The notes under the pieces were generated by a model that saw nothing but the letters and a program-made list of their open reading frames with translations, was not told where the DNA came from and searched no databases. 64,000 bases of DNA from Lytechinus pictus (Eukaryota). Of the stretch, positions 25,494 through 37,939 are shown one piece after another. The DNA lies in the NCBI RefSeq assembly GCF_037042905.1, contig NC_087250.1, positions 4,342,001 to 4,406,000 of the forward strand, written 5' to 3'. Position numbers and translations under genes: made by a program. Every line of letters begins with the position of its first letter. The first letter of the stretch is position 1.

Positions 25494-26490
25494 GTGAGTT
25501 TATGAAACTATTAGTTCCTTTTGCCAAATTTTCCGTAGAACAACATGGTGCTGGTAGGTGGACATTACTATTATGGCATCTGGTGAGCTTTTCGTAAATT
25601 TGTTCGTAAAGTTACAATCGACTTAATGCACGAATCGATTATGTTCTTAAGTACTAAGTTAATAACCTGGGGGGGGGGGAGCCAACACGACATTGTTCAG
25701 GGTTTTATTTCATCTAAGATATAGGGTTAGGATTGCAATAATTATGTTAGGTTAAGGGTTAGATACCACAGAGGGAACCCTAACCCTATAGCACAAAAGA
25801 GGGCCGCGAGTCATAAGTACAGTCATTCGTAACTTACAAACAGCTTTGTGAAACATTGACCAGACAATAATGTCAATTAATTATCTAATATGTTACCACT
25901 GGTATAGGAGCGTAGGGGGCACTGCCCCCCCCCCCCAAAGCTCCAAAACCAACAGAACAAAAAGCGAAAGAGGAACGGGAAAGAAAAGGCACGGTAAATG
26001 TAAAAATGTCGCTATCATTATCATTTTTATATTATAAATTTAATTCAGTGTCATTAATGTTGAGCAATGATTTTTCTGCATAACTATTGTATGGTTTTGT
26101 GAATTCATATTGTTATAAATGGTTAATATTTACAGTTTTTGTTACTGAATTTATCCACTGTATATGAATATGTCAGTACTATGACATTTTGTACGATTAT
26201 TTGTATTATGGATTATTATTTGTCTTTTGTGAACAGTGTTTTGTTAATATTGATATTGTAATGTTTTGCTTTGTACCATCACTTTGATTTTGAACTGAAT
26301 GATTAATACAAAACAAAACAAAAATCAATTTTTTTTGTTTGGTTAGTTTGCTGTCAGATGCAAGTGAAAACTGTTTCTCTTCTTATTCAATTATCTTCAT
26401 TTAAAAAAAATGGGAATCAGTTTCGTGATGTAATGCACTATCATTTCAGCCGACAATGATTTAAAACTTTGAAAATGTATACACTTTCAC

Positions 26491-27373
26491 TTTTGTCTCG
26501 CCCGCATAGCAGAGCGAGATTATAGGCGCTGCTTTTCCGACTGCGGCGGCGTCGTCAACATCAAATCTTAACCAAGGGTTAAGTTTTTGAAAAGTCATCA
26601 TATATAAGCCTAGATCATGAAACTTAAACATAATGGTTATCAAGTATTACTTAACATTCTGCCAGATGTTGATGTCCCATGACCAAGGTCAATGGTCATT
26701 CAGGGTCATTAAACTTGGACCATGTCGGGGAATGAACATCAAAATCTTAACCGAAGATTAAATTTTTGAAATGTCATAACTTAGAGAGTATATAGGCCTA
26801 GCTCATGAAAATTCAACATAATAGTATTCAAGTATTACTGTAAACTCTTTCTGAGTTTCAAGTCACATGATCAAGGTTAAATGTCATTTAGGATCAATTA
26901 AATTTGGCCATGTTTTGGGTATTTGTTGATTTCCATTAGAACTTTGAAAGTTGATGGGTGCAGTTCAGGAAAACTGGACATAGCAGTAATCAAGTATCAC
27001 CAAACATCCTTTGAGAGTTTCAGATCATATGATCAAGGTCAAAGGTCATTTAGGATCAATATGTTGGGGAATAAAAACGAAATCTTAACCAAGGTTAAGT
27101 TTTTTAAATATCATAAATCTGAAATTTTCTATTTCATGAAATCTTTGACATAAGTGGAATCAAGTACCACTGATCGTCTTGCACAAGTCTTTGGTCTCAC
27201 GATCAAGGTCAAATGTCATTAGGATCAGTGAACATAGCATTTTATCATCATAAAAAAAATAATGAGTGGTGTTTTTTGTAAATGATTATTCTATGATCGT
27301 GTTCAAAGTCACCACTACTGCTATATTGAATCGCGTATTAATGCAGGCGAGACTGGCAGAGGCGCTCCACTTG
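26491..27373 (+). mobile_element. Helentron-associated (HINE-like) non-autonomous element with an internal CAAGGTCA-rich ~150-bp repeat array
   Basis: T-rich 5' end, subterminal inverted repeat GTCTCGCCCGCAT / ATGCAGGCGAGAC, short GC-rich 3' palindrome and internal tandem units. Similar decayed repeats lie on - at ~61100-62290. Confidence 0.5.
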
Positions 27374-27482
27374 TATATATTTTTGTATAATCTCTCACTT
27401 TTGTATATAAAAATGAATTAGGTAATGAAATCGGACTTTAACAGTTTTCCTATCACTCCTGCTGCTTTTTTTTCCTTCATAG

Positions 27483-27839
27483 AACCACCGACTTTGCTGG
27501 TGGCACCTGTTCTGACCAATATTTCAACGTCACACGCGGAGATCGAGTGGACTAGCGACCACCAAGGAGATGGCCCTATCTGTGGTTACGATATCGACCT
27601 CAAGAAGGACGTTGGCGATAACAACGAACCGTGGCTTAGTGTCGGGTTCGTACCGGTTGGCAGCGAGCTCGAGTTCTACATCGGGCACCTTGAGGCGGAT
27701 ACTGGCTATCTAGTCGCTGTTTCGGTCATCAATTGCTTATCCGGTGAGGACGGTCCACAACGGCCTGTATTATCATTCAGAACCACGGCGCCTGTAACGG
27801 AGACTGTCACAATTACATCTCATACGCTTTCTCCAGCAG
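27483..27839 (+). CDS. FN3 receptor gene, exon 5 (FN3 domain 3 + start of Thr-rich stalk)
   Basis: CATAG|...AG|GTGCGT, 357 bp, phase 1-1. Motifs GDGPICGY and HLEADTGYLVAV. Confidence 0.87.
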
Positions 27840-28809
27840 GTGCGTTATGTTTTATCTTGCTTAGCCTTGAGCCAAGGTTCTTGGTGCTGTTTTTTCCCCT
27901 TAACATGGCCTAAGCTCCCTTAAAGTCTTCGGTATGACAAGCAGCGCGAGAGGACTTGTCCAGTTGAAGCACTAAAATTGTGATGAGGTAAATGTTAACC
28001 CACCATGGCATATAATAAATAGGTGCAAGAACTATGCCCCATGCCACTAAGACATGTTCAAGAACAATTGCAAAAATCTGTACAAATATACGATCGGCCT
28101 TTAAAATCAAAAGATGTTAGTAGCTTTAAACTGTCATTGAAAATTTGCTAATATTACAAGTTTGGTAAAATGGACCTCGGGTATTTGATTAACAATTTCA
28201 CCAGAATAAATGTGTGGCGCTGAGTTCAGTAATTAAAGGTTTAACTTTAAATCATCCATTTTAAAACATAGCCCAGGGGTCATTTTTTTTTAAAGGCGAT
28301 ATAATGTCGCCTTTGAATGATGAGTGTTGTGTTGTGTTGTGTTGAATCCTGCTGGAGTTTCTCCCTTTTTTCGACTAAATCTTGGAATTGATTTACCATA
28401 TAGACAAATGGACTGTGAGTATCACCTTTGTAAGATTGACTTTAATTAACAATGTGAACATTTTTTCTTTATTATTGGAGTATAAGCCAGGAAAAATCAT
28501 GTTGATGTGGAACATTCTGTGTGTCTGAATTTGATCTACAGTCCCATGCATATGATACAGTGATGTTCCAGTGATCTCGAACTCTTCTTCTTGTTTATAA
28601 ACACTGAAAGTGACCTTCAAGTTCATTGCACTTCCCTACATTTGAATTTGACTACTGCATGTAATAACCATTGTTCACCTTATATTGTACTGAACAAGAT
28701 TAGTTGAGAGTGAAAGCCTACTTAATCGCATTCCAATATAACAAGCTTAGGCTTTTTATTCTAAACAATGGCCGGTCCATCCCCTTTTTTTTGATAAACT
28801 CCAAGTTCT

Positions 28810-30280
28810 TTTCTGTACTCAGTTTGGTTTTAGATGTGGGCACTCCACATCTTCTGCAATATTGGAATTGATTCATAAAATTACACAAGCAATAGAAAGG
28901 AAAGAATATACATTAACAGTTTTTATTGATTTGTCAAAAGCTTTTGACATTATAGATCACTCAATTTTATTTCATAAATTACATTACTATGGGATCAGAG
29001 GTATTGTTTTAAACTGGTTTCGAAGTTATTTGAATGAACGACAACAGTATACAGTTATAGATGGTGTGGAATCAAAATACAATACAGTAAGATGTGGAGT
29101 GCCCCAAGGCTCTATACTTGGTCCCCTTCTGTTTTTGATTTACATAAATGACTTGCCAAAATGTTCAACCTTATTAAATTACATATTATTTGCAGACGAC
29201 ACCAGTATTTTTCTTTCCAATCCTGATCCAACTCAACTTATCAATACCATGAACACCCAATTAATAAAATTACATCAATGGATGTGTGCCAATAAGTTGA
29301 TTTTAAATGTAGATAAAACTAACTATGTAATATTTGGTACACGTAAAATTAGTAATAACATCCCAAATATTCATTATAATGATCGTATTATTAATAGAGT
29401 GTCAAGTACGAAGTTCTTAGGTGTTATTATTGATGATAAGTTGTCTTGGAATAATCATATAAGTCATCTATGTGGTACCATATCTAGAAATATTGGAATT
29501 CTTAGGAAATTATCATTTTTGCCCAGAAATGTTCTTAAATTATTGTATCATTCTTTAATATCTTCTCATTTAAGTTATTGTTCCACAGTGTGGGGCTTTT
29601 CATCAAAATATAATCTTAATCGTCTATTTCGTCTACAGAAAAGGGCACTAAGAGTTATAACTCATTCTCATCATTTACACCCTTCTTCCCCTTTATTTTC
29701 CAAAATGAATATTCTTTCAATTCATAGTATTATTTCTTTACAAACTGGTTCATTCATGAATAACTGTTATCATGGTATAAATATACCACCGTCACTTTTG
29801 AATTATTTTATATTGAATCGATCCATTCATTCCCATAATACACGAAATAGGTGTAAATTTCATCCTCCTCTGTGTCGCACAGAGCTAGCCAAATCAACCA
29901 TTTTTTATCAGGGCCCTATACTGTGGAACAATCTCTCTGTTAATCTTCAGACAGCTAAGACATGTAAACTTTTCAACTTTAACTACAAACGACACTTACT
30001 TTACACTGACCAACCCCTTTCTCTTGACAAATAATCATAGCCTCTCTGTTTCTTTCCTCCTTCTTTCCTGTCCTGTCTTATGCCATATGAATGTATTTTT
30101 ATGATTATGTATGTATTATGTTTTATGTATTATGTATGCGCTTATGAATCTTATTTTGGGCCATCCAAACAAGCCTGATGAGCTTTAATTTGGTCCACCA
30201 CTATTTCAAAATGTATTTTTATATTGCTTTGTATATATTTTAATTTTGTGGAAATAAATGAAATGAAAAATGAAATGAAA
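28810..30280 (+). mobile_element. 5'-truncated CR1/Crack-like LINE; RT C-terminal half open (28862-30034)
   Basis: FIDLSKAFD, GVPQGSILGPLLFLIYINDL, LFADDT, KFLGV. It ends in an (ATGAA)n tail. Confidence 0.9.
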
Positions 30281-30966
30281 TAATAATGATAACAATTAAC
30301 GCATAACGTCCCTATGTGCTTCCGATAGACTTGGATAGTATTATCCTGGATTCAGCCTAGCATCCTTTTACAGCGCGGTGGCATTTCAAGGAATAAATTC
30401 CTGCCGGGTGCTCATTCATCTCACCTGGGTTGAGTGCAGCACATCGTGGATGAATTCCTTGTTTCAAAGTCAAAAGACTCACCCACTGGGCCACAACGCC
30501 AACAAAAAAATAATGAGGACGATTTAGATGGAAATAATATTGTTACAGCGATGCTCAATGGCTGAAAAAATAAGATACGAAAAAGAAACAAAATAAAACT
30601 ATAAGAACAGGAAAAATGGGTAAAAATAAAAATAGAAAGCAGGTAGATGTTAGAGAATGGGGCTTTACGTCGTTGCCCTTTATCAATTTAAAAAGAAATA
30701 GATCGAACTTACTTATCCTGCTCTACCCTAAACAAAATCCTGTTCTTATGCGGTTCACAGTGGTTGATAATAGTTATGTTAGTATATCTTCTCTTGTTAT
30801 CATCCTCTTCCGACACTTTCTGATAATATTTAGCAACAGGCATTATTTGTCAGGCTAGACTAAGAGGCTACGCCTCTTTGTCCAGTCTTAAAGATTTATT
30901 ACTAGCCTACCACTGAGATGAAATACGATCTACACATCTCGATATTACTTTGATTGCATTCAACAG

Positions 30967-31168
30967 CACCAGATGGAACTGATATGACTGAAATCCCACC
31001 AGCAACAGTGACGTCCCCCTGCTCGAACATATCGGAGGTGAACTGTACAGAATGTCTTCAAAATACTACACTCATCATGCCTGTATACGAGGAATGCCAT
31101 AGTTGGAAACTGGCTTTTAGTGTCGTTTTACCTTCGCTCCTTTTTCTTCTAGGACTACTTGTTTTGAG
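30967..31168 (+). CDS. FN3 receptor gene, exon 6 (Pro/Thr stalk, 4 Cys, transmembrane helix)
   Basis: AACAG|...AG|GTAAGC, phase 1-2. TM is LAFSVVLPSLLFLLGLLVL, with N-glycosylation sequons NIS, NCT and NTT. Confidence 0.8.
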
Positions 31169-32876
31169 GTAAGCAACACGCGTGTTTTATTGGAGGCGAT
31201 CGCACACCGCCGATAAGCTAGCTGCATTAACCACTGTAATTCAAAGCGCGCGTCGCCAGAAGTATAAACCGGATGTCACAGAATTGCTGTAGATGGCCTT
31301 CACCATGGCCTTGGCCTCGGATGTCTAGTCCTTAGCCCTCATCTCGTAGCTCTGAAATATTGCAGTCCTTGCAAGGCTGACATCGAAACTCCAAAGTATT
31401 GCAGTCCTTAGTCTTAGCCTTAGCCTTGGATATATTGTTTTTAGACCAGATCTCGAATCTCCAAAATACTGCAGTCCTAGGTCTTAGATTTGGCTTCGGG
31501 CAGTCAGACCTTGGTTTCTCAAAGTCTTATTTCGGCCTTGCGCACCACGTGCGCGTGCAAGTTTCGATGGATGGATTCCACACACTGCTCACTATTTTGC
31601 TTTTATTGGGGAGCGAATGGATCAAGAATTGTGTGTTGTCTCTCAACGACTGTGTGTTCAAGAAACGGCTAGTCTTACTCTTAAAGTATTATGCATTCTG
31701 ATTAAACTATACGCATTATATACAGAGGATGAATTGGCCGATAGTCCTACATTATGTAGAGAAACTAATATGGCTTTGAAGGGAAGTGTACCTGTTTTGC
31801 TTCCCCGGTTTTTCTACTTGGTAAAGTACTCATTGTAATTTGAATGTATTGAGTAGTGCATTAGTGTGTTATCATTAGTGGGGCTTTATAGCACTCCAGT
31901 TCTCAGAATACTGCATTATGGGTAATGAGCATGGCCAGATATGATATTTTAATAACTTTGGTGGTGCAATTAAGAATGCTGGTTCGCATGCCCTTTAATT
32001 GAAGGGTTTAAAAGAAGAGTAGCGACGTCAGTGGCAGTAGTAGGCCTAATAGAGTACCAAAGTGTGACGTCACGATGTCATGACAACGAACCGGATGGTT
32101 TTAAACTGAGTCGCAGCAGCACGATCGTCTATACACGTTTGTATTTGCAAAAATAATGAAAATGGTGATGTCATTTGTCCCTGGTTGTTACCGTCATTTT
32201 GAGAGTCATGGGATGGCGCTGTTTAAAAAAAACTGTTGGTAAGTTATAAGTGACTTTAGGAATGACTGGTGAAGTTATGCAATATGTCTGAATGGGAGGT
32301 GTCTGTGTGGTTTTCTCTGCTGGAAAAATCCATTTAATCCACCTTTTTGTCTTGGAAATCAACCAACAAATTATTAAAAATCTGTTTCCTAAGGGTCTCA
32401 AGCTCCATGGCAGTGGATTTTTTTCTGATTTTGGTCAACCTTCATCGTGAAATTTTGGAAACAATTCTAGACTTTTCCACTGCTAAATGCTGTATACTGT
32501 ATGTATCATTATTGTGGTCCTATATATTCAAGTCTGTGTGAGTAACCAGCCTTAACTCTGAACTTCTTACTGAACTACATATTTCTGATTTTCCTTGATG
32601 GATCCAGATATAGAAGGAAAGATATAGAAAGAAGGACAATTTTTTGGATACATATGACTGAAAATAGATTTAATTTTCTATTTTCAAATTTTACTACAAA
32701 ATAATAGGGCCTTTGGCCCTTAGTCTAACTTGCTTTGCCATTGCTATTGTTATACAGTATTGGTAAAGTTTGACTTTGCCTTTGTGATTTTGTGACTGTG
32801 TGTGTTTACATTAGCCTGTCTAACAGTATTACTGATTTCTCCTAAAATGTGACGGTGGGAGATTATTATTGTCATC

Positions 32877-35510
32877 ATGGATTTGAGGAGCAGTGCTCAA
32901 CATTCTTTCCTGCTCTTGCTTTGTTTCCTTGCAACTCTATGTATTCTTCTGGTGTTGAGCAAAGAAATTCAAGTCAGACATATCACATCTATGACATATA
33001 CCACATCTATATCTGGTGATGATTGTACTTTGAAGATGATAGTGATTGCATCTCTTGCAAAACAGCCCACAAGTGGTATGACTGCACGTCTACTAAATTT
33101 CAACTCAAGATCTCAAAGCCATTTTGCCATTCTTCTACTACTTAGTGGCCAGGTTGAGACCAATCCTGGGCCTTCATCGAACACTCCGCAACCAGATCAT
33201 CCATGTGCAATTTGCGAAGACACAGTCCTTGAAGATGATGCTGCTTTACTATGTGATGCTTGTGGATACTGGTGCCACAATTCATGTGTGTGCATTTCAC
33301 CAAGCTCATACCAATATACTGTCAATAAATCAACAAGCTTCCCTTGGATTTGTTTCAAATGTGATTCGCCAAATGTCGGCTCTACTACTTCTCTTCAGGG
33401 ACCGGACTTTTCACATTCGAATAGCTTTTCCCCATTGAGCTCTTCCCAAAGTGAGGACAATGATCCGGACTCTGATTATAGCCCTGAGCCTACTTTTCTC
33501 ACATCTACACCAAAACCCACTCCTGCTTGCCGTAACCGATCACATTTCTCTTTTAGTAATTCGCGCCGACGATATCCAAAAAAGGATATCAAAGCAATGG
33601 TCATAAATTGCAATGGGCTGAAGAGTGGGACGAAGCAGGCAAACTTCAAGGCTACTATTGCACAACACAAACCAGATTTAATCTTTGGATGTGAGTAAAA
33701 GCTTGACAGTGATATATCAACTTACTCAATTTTCCCAGACAATTATCTGGTCTTCCGCAGGGACAGGGAGAAACATGGTGGCGAAGTATTCCTTGCAATT
33801 AACAACTCACTGATCGTTAGTGCATGTCCTGATTTTGATGTGGACTGTGAACTGCAGTGGTAGAACATTAAACTTGAATACAGCAAATCCTTCTTCTTGT
33901 GCAGCTATTACTGTCCTCCAAGTAACCGGTCTACAAGTCTAGTGGGTCTTCATAATTCACTGTCGAAGTTGATGTCTAAACATCATAGGCGGCTTCCCAA
34001 TATTATAATTGCTGGAGACTTTAATCATCCAAATATTGATTGGGAATCTCAGTCGACCACTGATCCTGCAAATGCAGCATCCCATCAGCGATTACTGGAC
34101 ATCCTCCTGCAGTTCTCGTTGCTTCAGAATGTTAGGAACATAACAAGGCAAGTCTCAGGCAACATACTTGATATCATTATTACTACAAATCCAGCACTTG
34201 TTAAGGATGTGCATGTACACCAAGGTATATCAGACCACAACATCCTTGTTTGCAAGCTCTCAACAAGTGCAAAGATTCAAGTCTAACCACCAAGGAAAGT
34301 CTATCAGTTTCAAAAGGCAGATCCCGAATGCCTCAAAAAGGCTGCTGAAGACTTCTCTAAAGGTTTTCTAGACAGTAGTCCGGGGAAAGAAGTGTTGAAG
34401 AAAATTAGAACATGATAAGCACTTTTCTCAACAACTGTCTGTCTCAACTTGTGCCTTCCAAGTTTACCAAAGGCAGAAGACACCTACCTTTTATAACACC
34501 TACCATCAAACGCCATATGCGCAAGAGAGACCGGCTATTCAAGAAAGCTCGTCGGCACTCCACTGCTGCTGGTTGGGAAACATATAGACATTTCCGCAAC
34601 AAAGTTGCTAAGATAGTTCACCGTGCACATTCTGACTATGTAAACGAGATCATTGGAGCTAGTCTTACAAACCCCGAAGGATTCTGGTCATATGTCAAGT
34701 CTTGCCGAACAGAGAACATTGGAATACCCTCACTTCGATGGGCTTCGAAGTTGTGTGTTACGCCAATTGACAAAGCTGAAAGCTTGAATGAGTTCTTCAC
34801 ATCTGTTTTTACCCAAAAAGATGTCCACTCATTCCTCAGAAAGGTCCCTCTCCATATCCAGCCATAGGACAGCTGTATATTGAAATATCTGGTGTTGAAA
34901 AGCAACTCTTACAGCTAAACCCTTCAAAGGCAAGTGGGCCTGATGAGATTCCACCAAGACTGCTCAAGCTTGTGGCTCATGAAATTGCACCACCATTAGC
35001 CTTCCTCTTTCAGCAAAGTTATGATAATGGTGTGGTTCCATCCCAATGGAGACAAGCTTTTGTAACATCGATCCATAAGTCAGGTGACAAAATAGACCCA
35101 TCAAAGTACAATTTCCTTGACTTGTATCTCCTGCAAAATCGTGGAACACAGCGTTCTGAGCCACATCTCAAAGCGCATTGCAGTAAATAACATTCTTGCC
35201 GATGCACAACACGGTTTCGACAAGGGTAATCAACTGTAACACAACTTACCTCGGTGGTCCATGAGTGGTTTCAAACACTTCAAAGTCGTAGTCAGGCTGA
35301 TGCTGTTTTTCTGGATTTCCAGAAAGCCTTCGACAGGGTACCACATGAACGTCTTTCCATCAAACTACGATATTATGGCACCTTTGGGGATTCTGTCAAC
35401 TGGATTCGTGCTTTTTTTATTGGAAGGTCACAGTCAGCCGTTGTTGATCGGGGTCAATCATCATGGAAGGAGGTCTCATCAGGAGAACCGCAGGATTCAG
35501 TTATCGGCCC
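32877..35510 (+). mobile_element. Decayed CR1-group LINE ORF (2A-like peptide, PHD finger, APE endonuclease, RT N-half), 3'-interrupted; 5' UTR probably extends to ~32100
   Basis: PHD CAIC...CDAC..WCH..C...WICFKC; INCNGL, AGDFN, SDH; KASGPD, FLDFQKAFD, SGEPQ. Many stops and frameshifts. Confidence 0.85.
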
Positions 35511-35519
35511 TGTTACAAC

Positions 35520-36210
35520 CGATAATGTTGCACCAACGCATAATGTCGCAGATTGCGACATTATGCCAAAAGCGTCCGACGCATAATGTCGCAGTCAACC
35601 CATAATGTCGTAGTTTTTCTAACGCATAACGTCACATGTCGCAACGCATAATGTCGCAGCAAAATTCTAACGCTTAACGTCACATGTCGCAACGCACAAT
35701 GTCACAGCGGTATTTCCTTCAGGACTCGAGCTACAGATAAGATATAAAATATGCTTTCACTTTTTGAGACACGAGAAAGAGAATTAAGTTATTTGGAAAT
35801 CAGGATTACTCTTTATATGGATATTTATCGGTTTATTGCCATTTCGTCTACTGCCTTCTCCCTACTGTCGCATGGTCTGATATAATTTCGTCTACCATTA
35901 GTTAGTCAACTATCAACATAGTCCAATAACCATTTCGTCTAATTATCATCTCGTCTAATAGCCAGTCGGTCTAATAGCCGTTTTGTTTATTATCATTTAG
36001 TCTAATTGTATTTTTTTTCAATTGGTCCAATATCCACTTTGTCCAATATCATTACGTCTATTACCTTTTGGCCTAATAGCCAATTGGTCTAATAACCACT
36101 TGGTCTACTCTCATTTCGTCCATGTTCCATTTGGTCTAACTTCAGTTGGTTCGCTATCACTTTGTCTAAACTCATTTGGGCTAACAATTATTTGGTATTG
36201 TTGCCATGGG
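35520..36210. repeat. Short-unit arrays (ACGCATAATGTCGCA)n and (CCATTTCGTCTA)-like, probably subterminal arrays of a non-autonomous element
   Basis: Direct reading at 35520-35710 and ~35838-36210. Confidence 0.6.
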
Positions 36211-37250
36211 TCCAATCACTGGTATTTTCTTCAAGACACGAGTAAAATAACTAAACAATTGACGGCAGCACTAGCCGAAAAAAGAGGATTTCGGATCTAA
36301 GACCAGGACACTCTTTTAATGTTTTGTAAATTGTAAAATGGATGGGTAACTAGGTATCTTCCTGCATTAATGTTAATAATGCAGGCAGAAGTTCTTTTGA
36401 TATTCTAATCTGAAACTGGATAATTCAAGCACGTTATAAATATATAGAACAAGCTGCATATCTTAATTAACTTAGGTCGTCGTTTTTTTAAGATTTAGAC
36501 CTAGAATTTAGGCATTTTGAATACATGTTTTAATCATTTCATTTTATTTACTGTTTTCCGTTTCACAATGTTATATATAATGAACATATCATAAAAATAA
36601 AAAATATAACAAAACATAACATCTTATAAAACATAATAAGGCCTATAGATTTGATAAACACAATTAAGAACATTAAACTGCCTTAAATGATTTTGTTTTG
36701 TATTTAAGAGTAAGACGGAGAGGCTGCCGAAAATAAGCAATGCTTGTTTGTAAGGCCAGCCCCAAAACTTAGTTTCATTACCTAATTTTACACACATGCA
36801 TAAATACAACTGTAATAGTAAAAACAATAATAATAATAATTATCGATGTACACTTTGCAAAGCAAATCAGAACTGGATTTATCGATCTATCTGTTTATCT
36901 ACCTATCCATCTATCTATCTAATATCTATCTATCTAATACGTATTTATCGGTTCATATATATTTCTATATCTATCTATATATCTATCTATATTTATTTAC
37001 CTTTCTTCTATTAATCTATCCACTTATAATTTATCTCTCCATCCATCTATCTATTTATCTATCTGTCTTATGTGTATCTGTTTAAATATATATGTCTATC
37101 TGACTGTCTATTTATCTTCCAATCTAATATCAACTCATTTGTTTAACTTATTATGTCTGTTTATCTACTAGTATTTATCTTTCTACGACAGACCACCTAA
37201 TTCGTCCGCATGACGAATTAAAATCGATTTTTTTTTTCTTTCATTCTCAG

Positions 37251-37470
37251 TTACATCAAGTTGAAGCGGCGAAGTAATAATAGCATTGGATCTCTGGAAA
37301 ATAACCTCAGCCAGTGCATCGTTGCCGCCATACCAACGCAACCAACAACAACCAACATACGCAATGTCTATGCTGAATGCAGTGATATCGAGAACGATTA
37401 CGAAGAGATGATTACGAAGAACAAAAACGTCAGCAAATATGGGTCTATAACAGGGGGGAGAATTGTATGA
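37251..37470 (+). CDS. FN3 receptor gene, exon 7 (cytoplasmic tail with Tyr motifs, stop)
   Basis: Strong acceptor (T)nCTTTCATTCTCAG|. The phase-2 join gives SYIKLKRR, a basic stop-transfer. Motifs NVYAEC, NDYEEM, SKYGSI. AATAAA at ~37681. Confidence 0.75.
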
Positions 37471-37939
37471 AAGTTTTTTTAATAATATTTCGCATTGAAT
37501 TTTATTCAATTGTATGCACGTATCGAGTGAACCTTCCTAACAGCAACACTGATGTGTGTTGCTGCCCCCTACGTTCGTTGGTCCACTCGATACACGCATG
37601 CAATTAAAGTGCGCGCACAATTTGGTAGGCATGCCCACCAAACCATCAACCGACGCAATACATTCGGAGATTAATAGCAAAATAAAGGTAAACTAACAGA
37701 TTATGACAAGACTAAATTCCAATAATAGATATGAAATCAATTAACCAAAAATGTACCACATTATAAAATTAAAAATATTACTAGATTAGTGTTTTTTTTT
37801 TTTATTCTTCAGTAAACAGGATTGAATTTTGCCATCAAATAAACCAATTTTCCTTTTTCACACCGATTTAGTCAAGCTAATTTTGTGACCGCTATTAAGC
37901 TCCGCCGCTCACTCAGCGCCCTTTTTAGTAAATTGTACA

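Noticed and set aside
35520..35710. Short repeats with variable spacers, superficially CRISPR-like
   Set aside because: The units are ~15 bp, degenerate and irregularly spaced. There are no cas genes and the context is eukaryotic.
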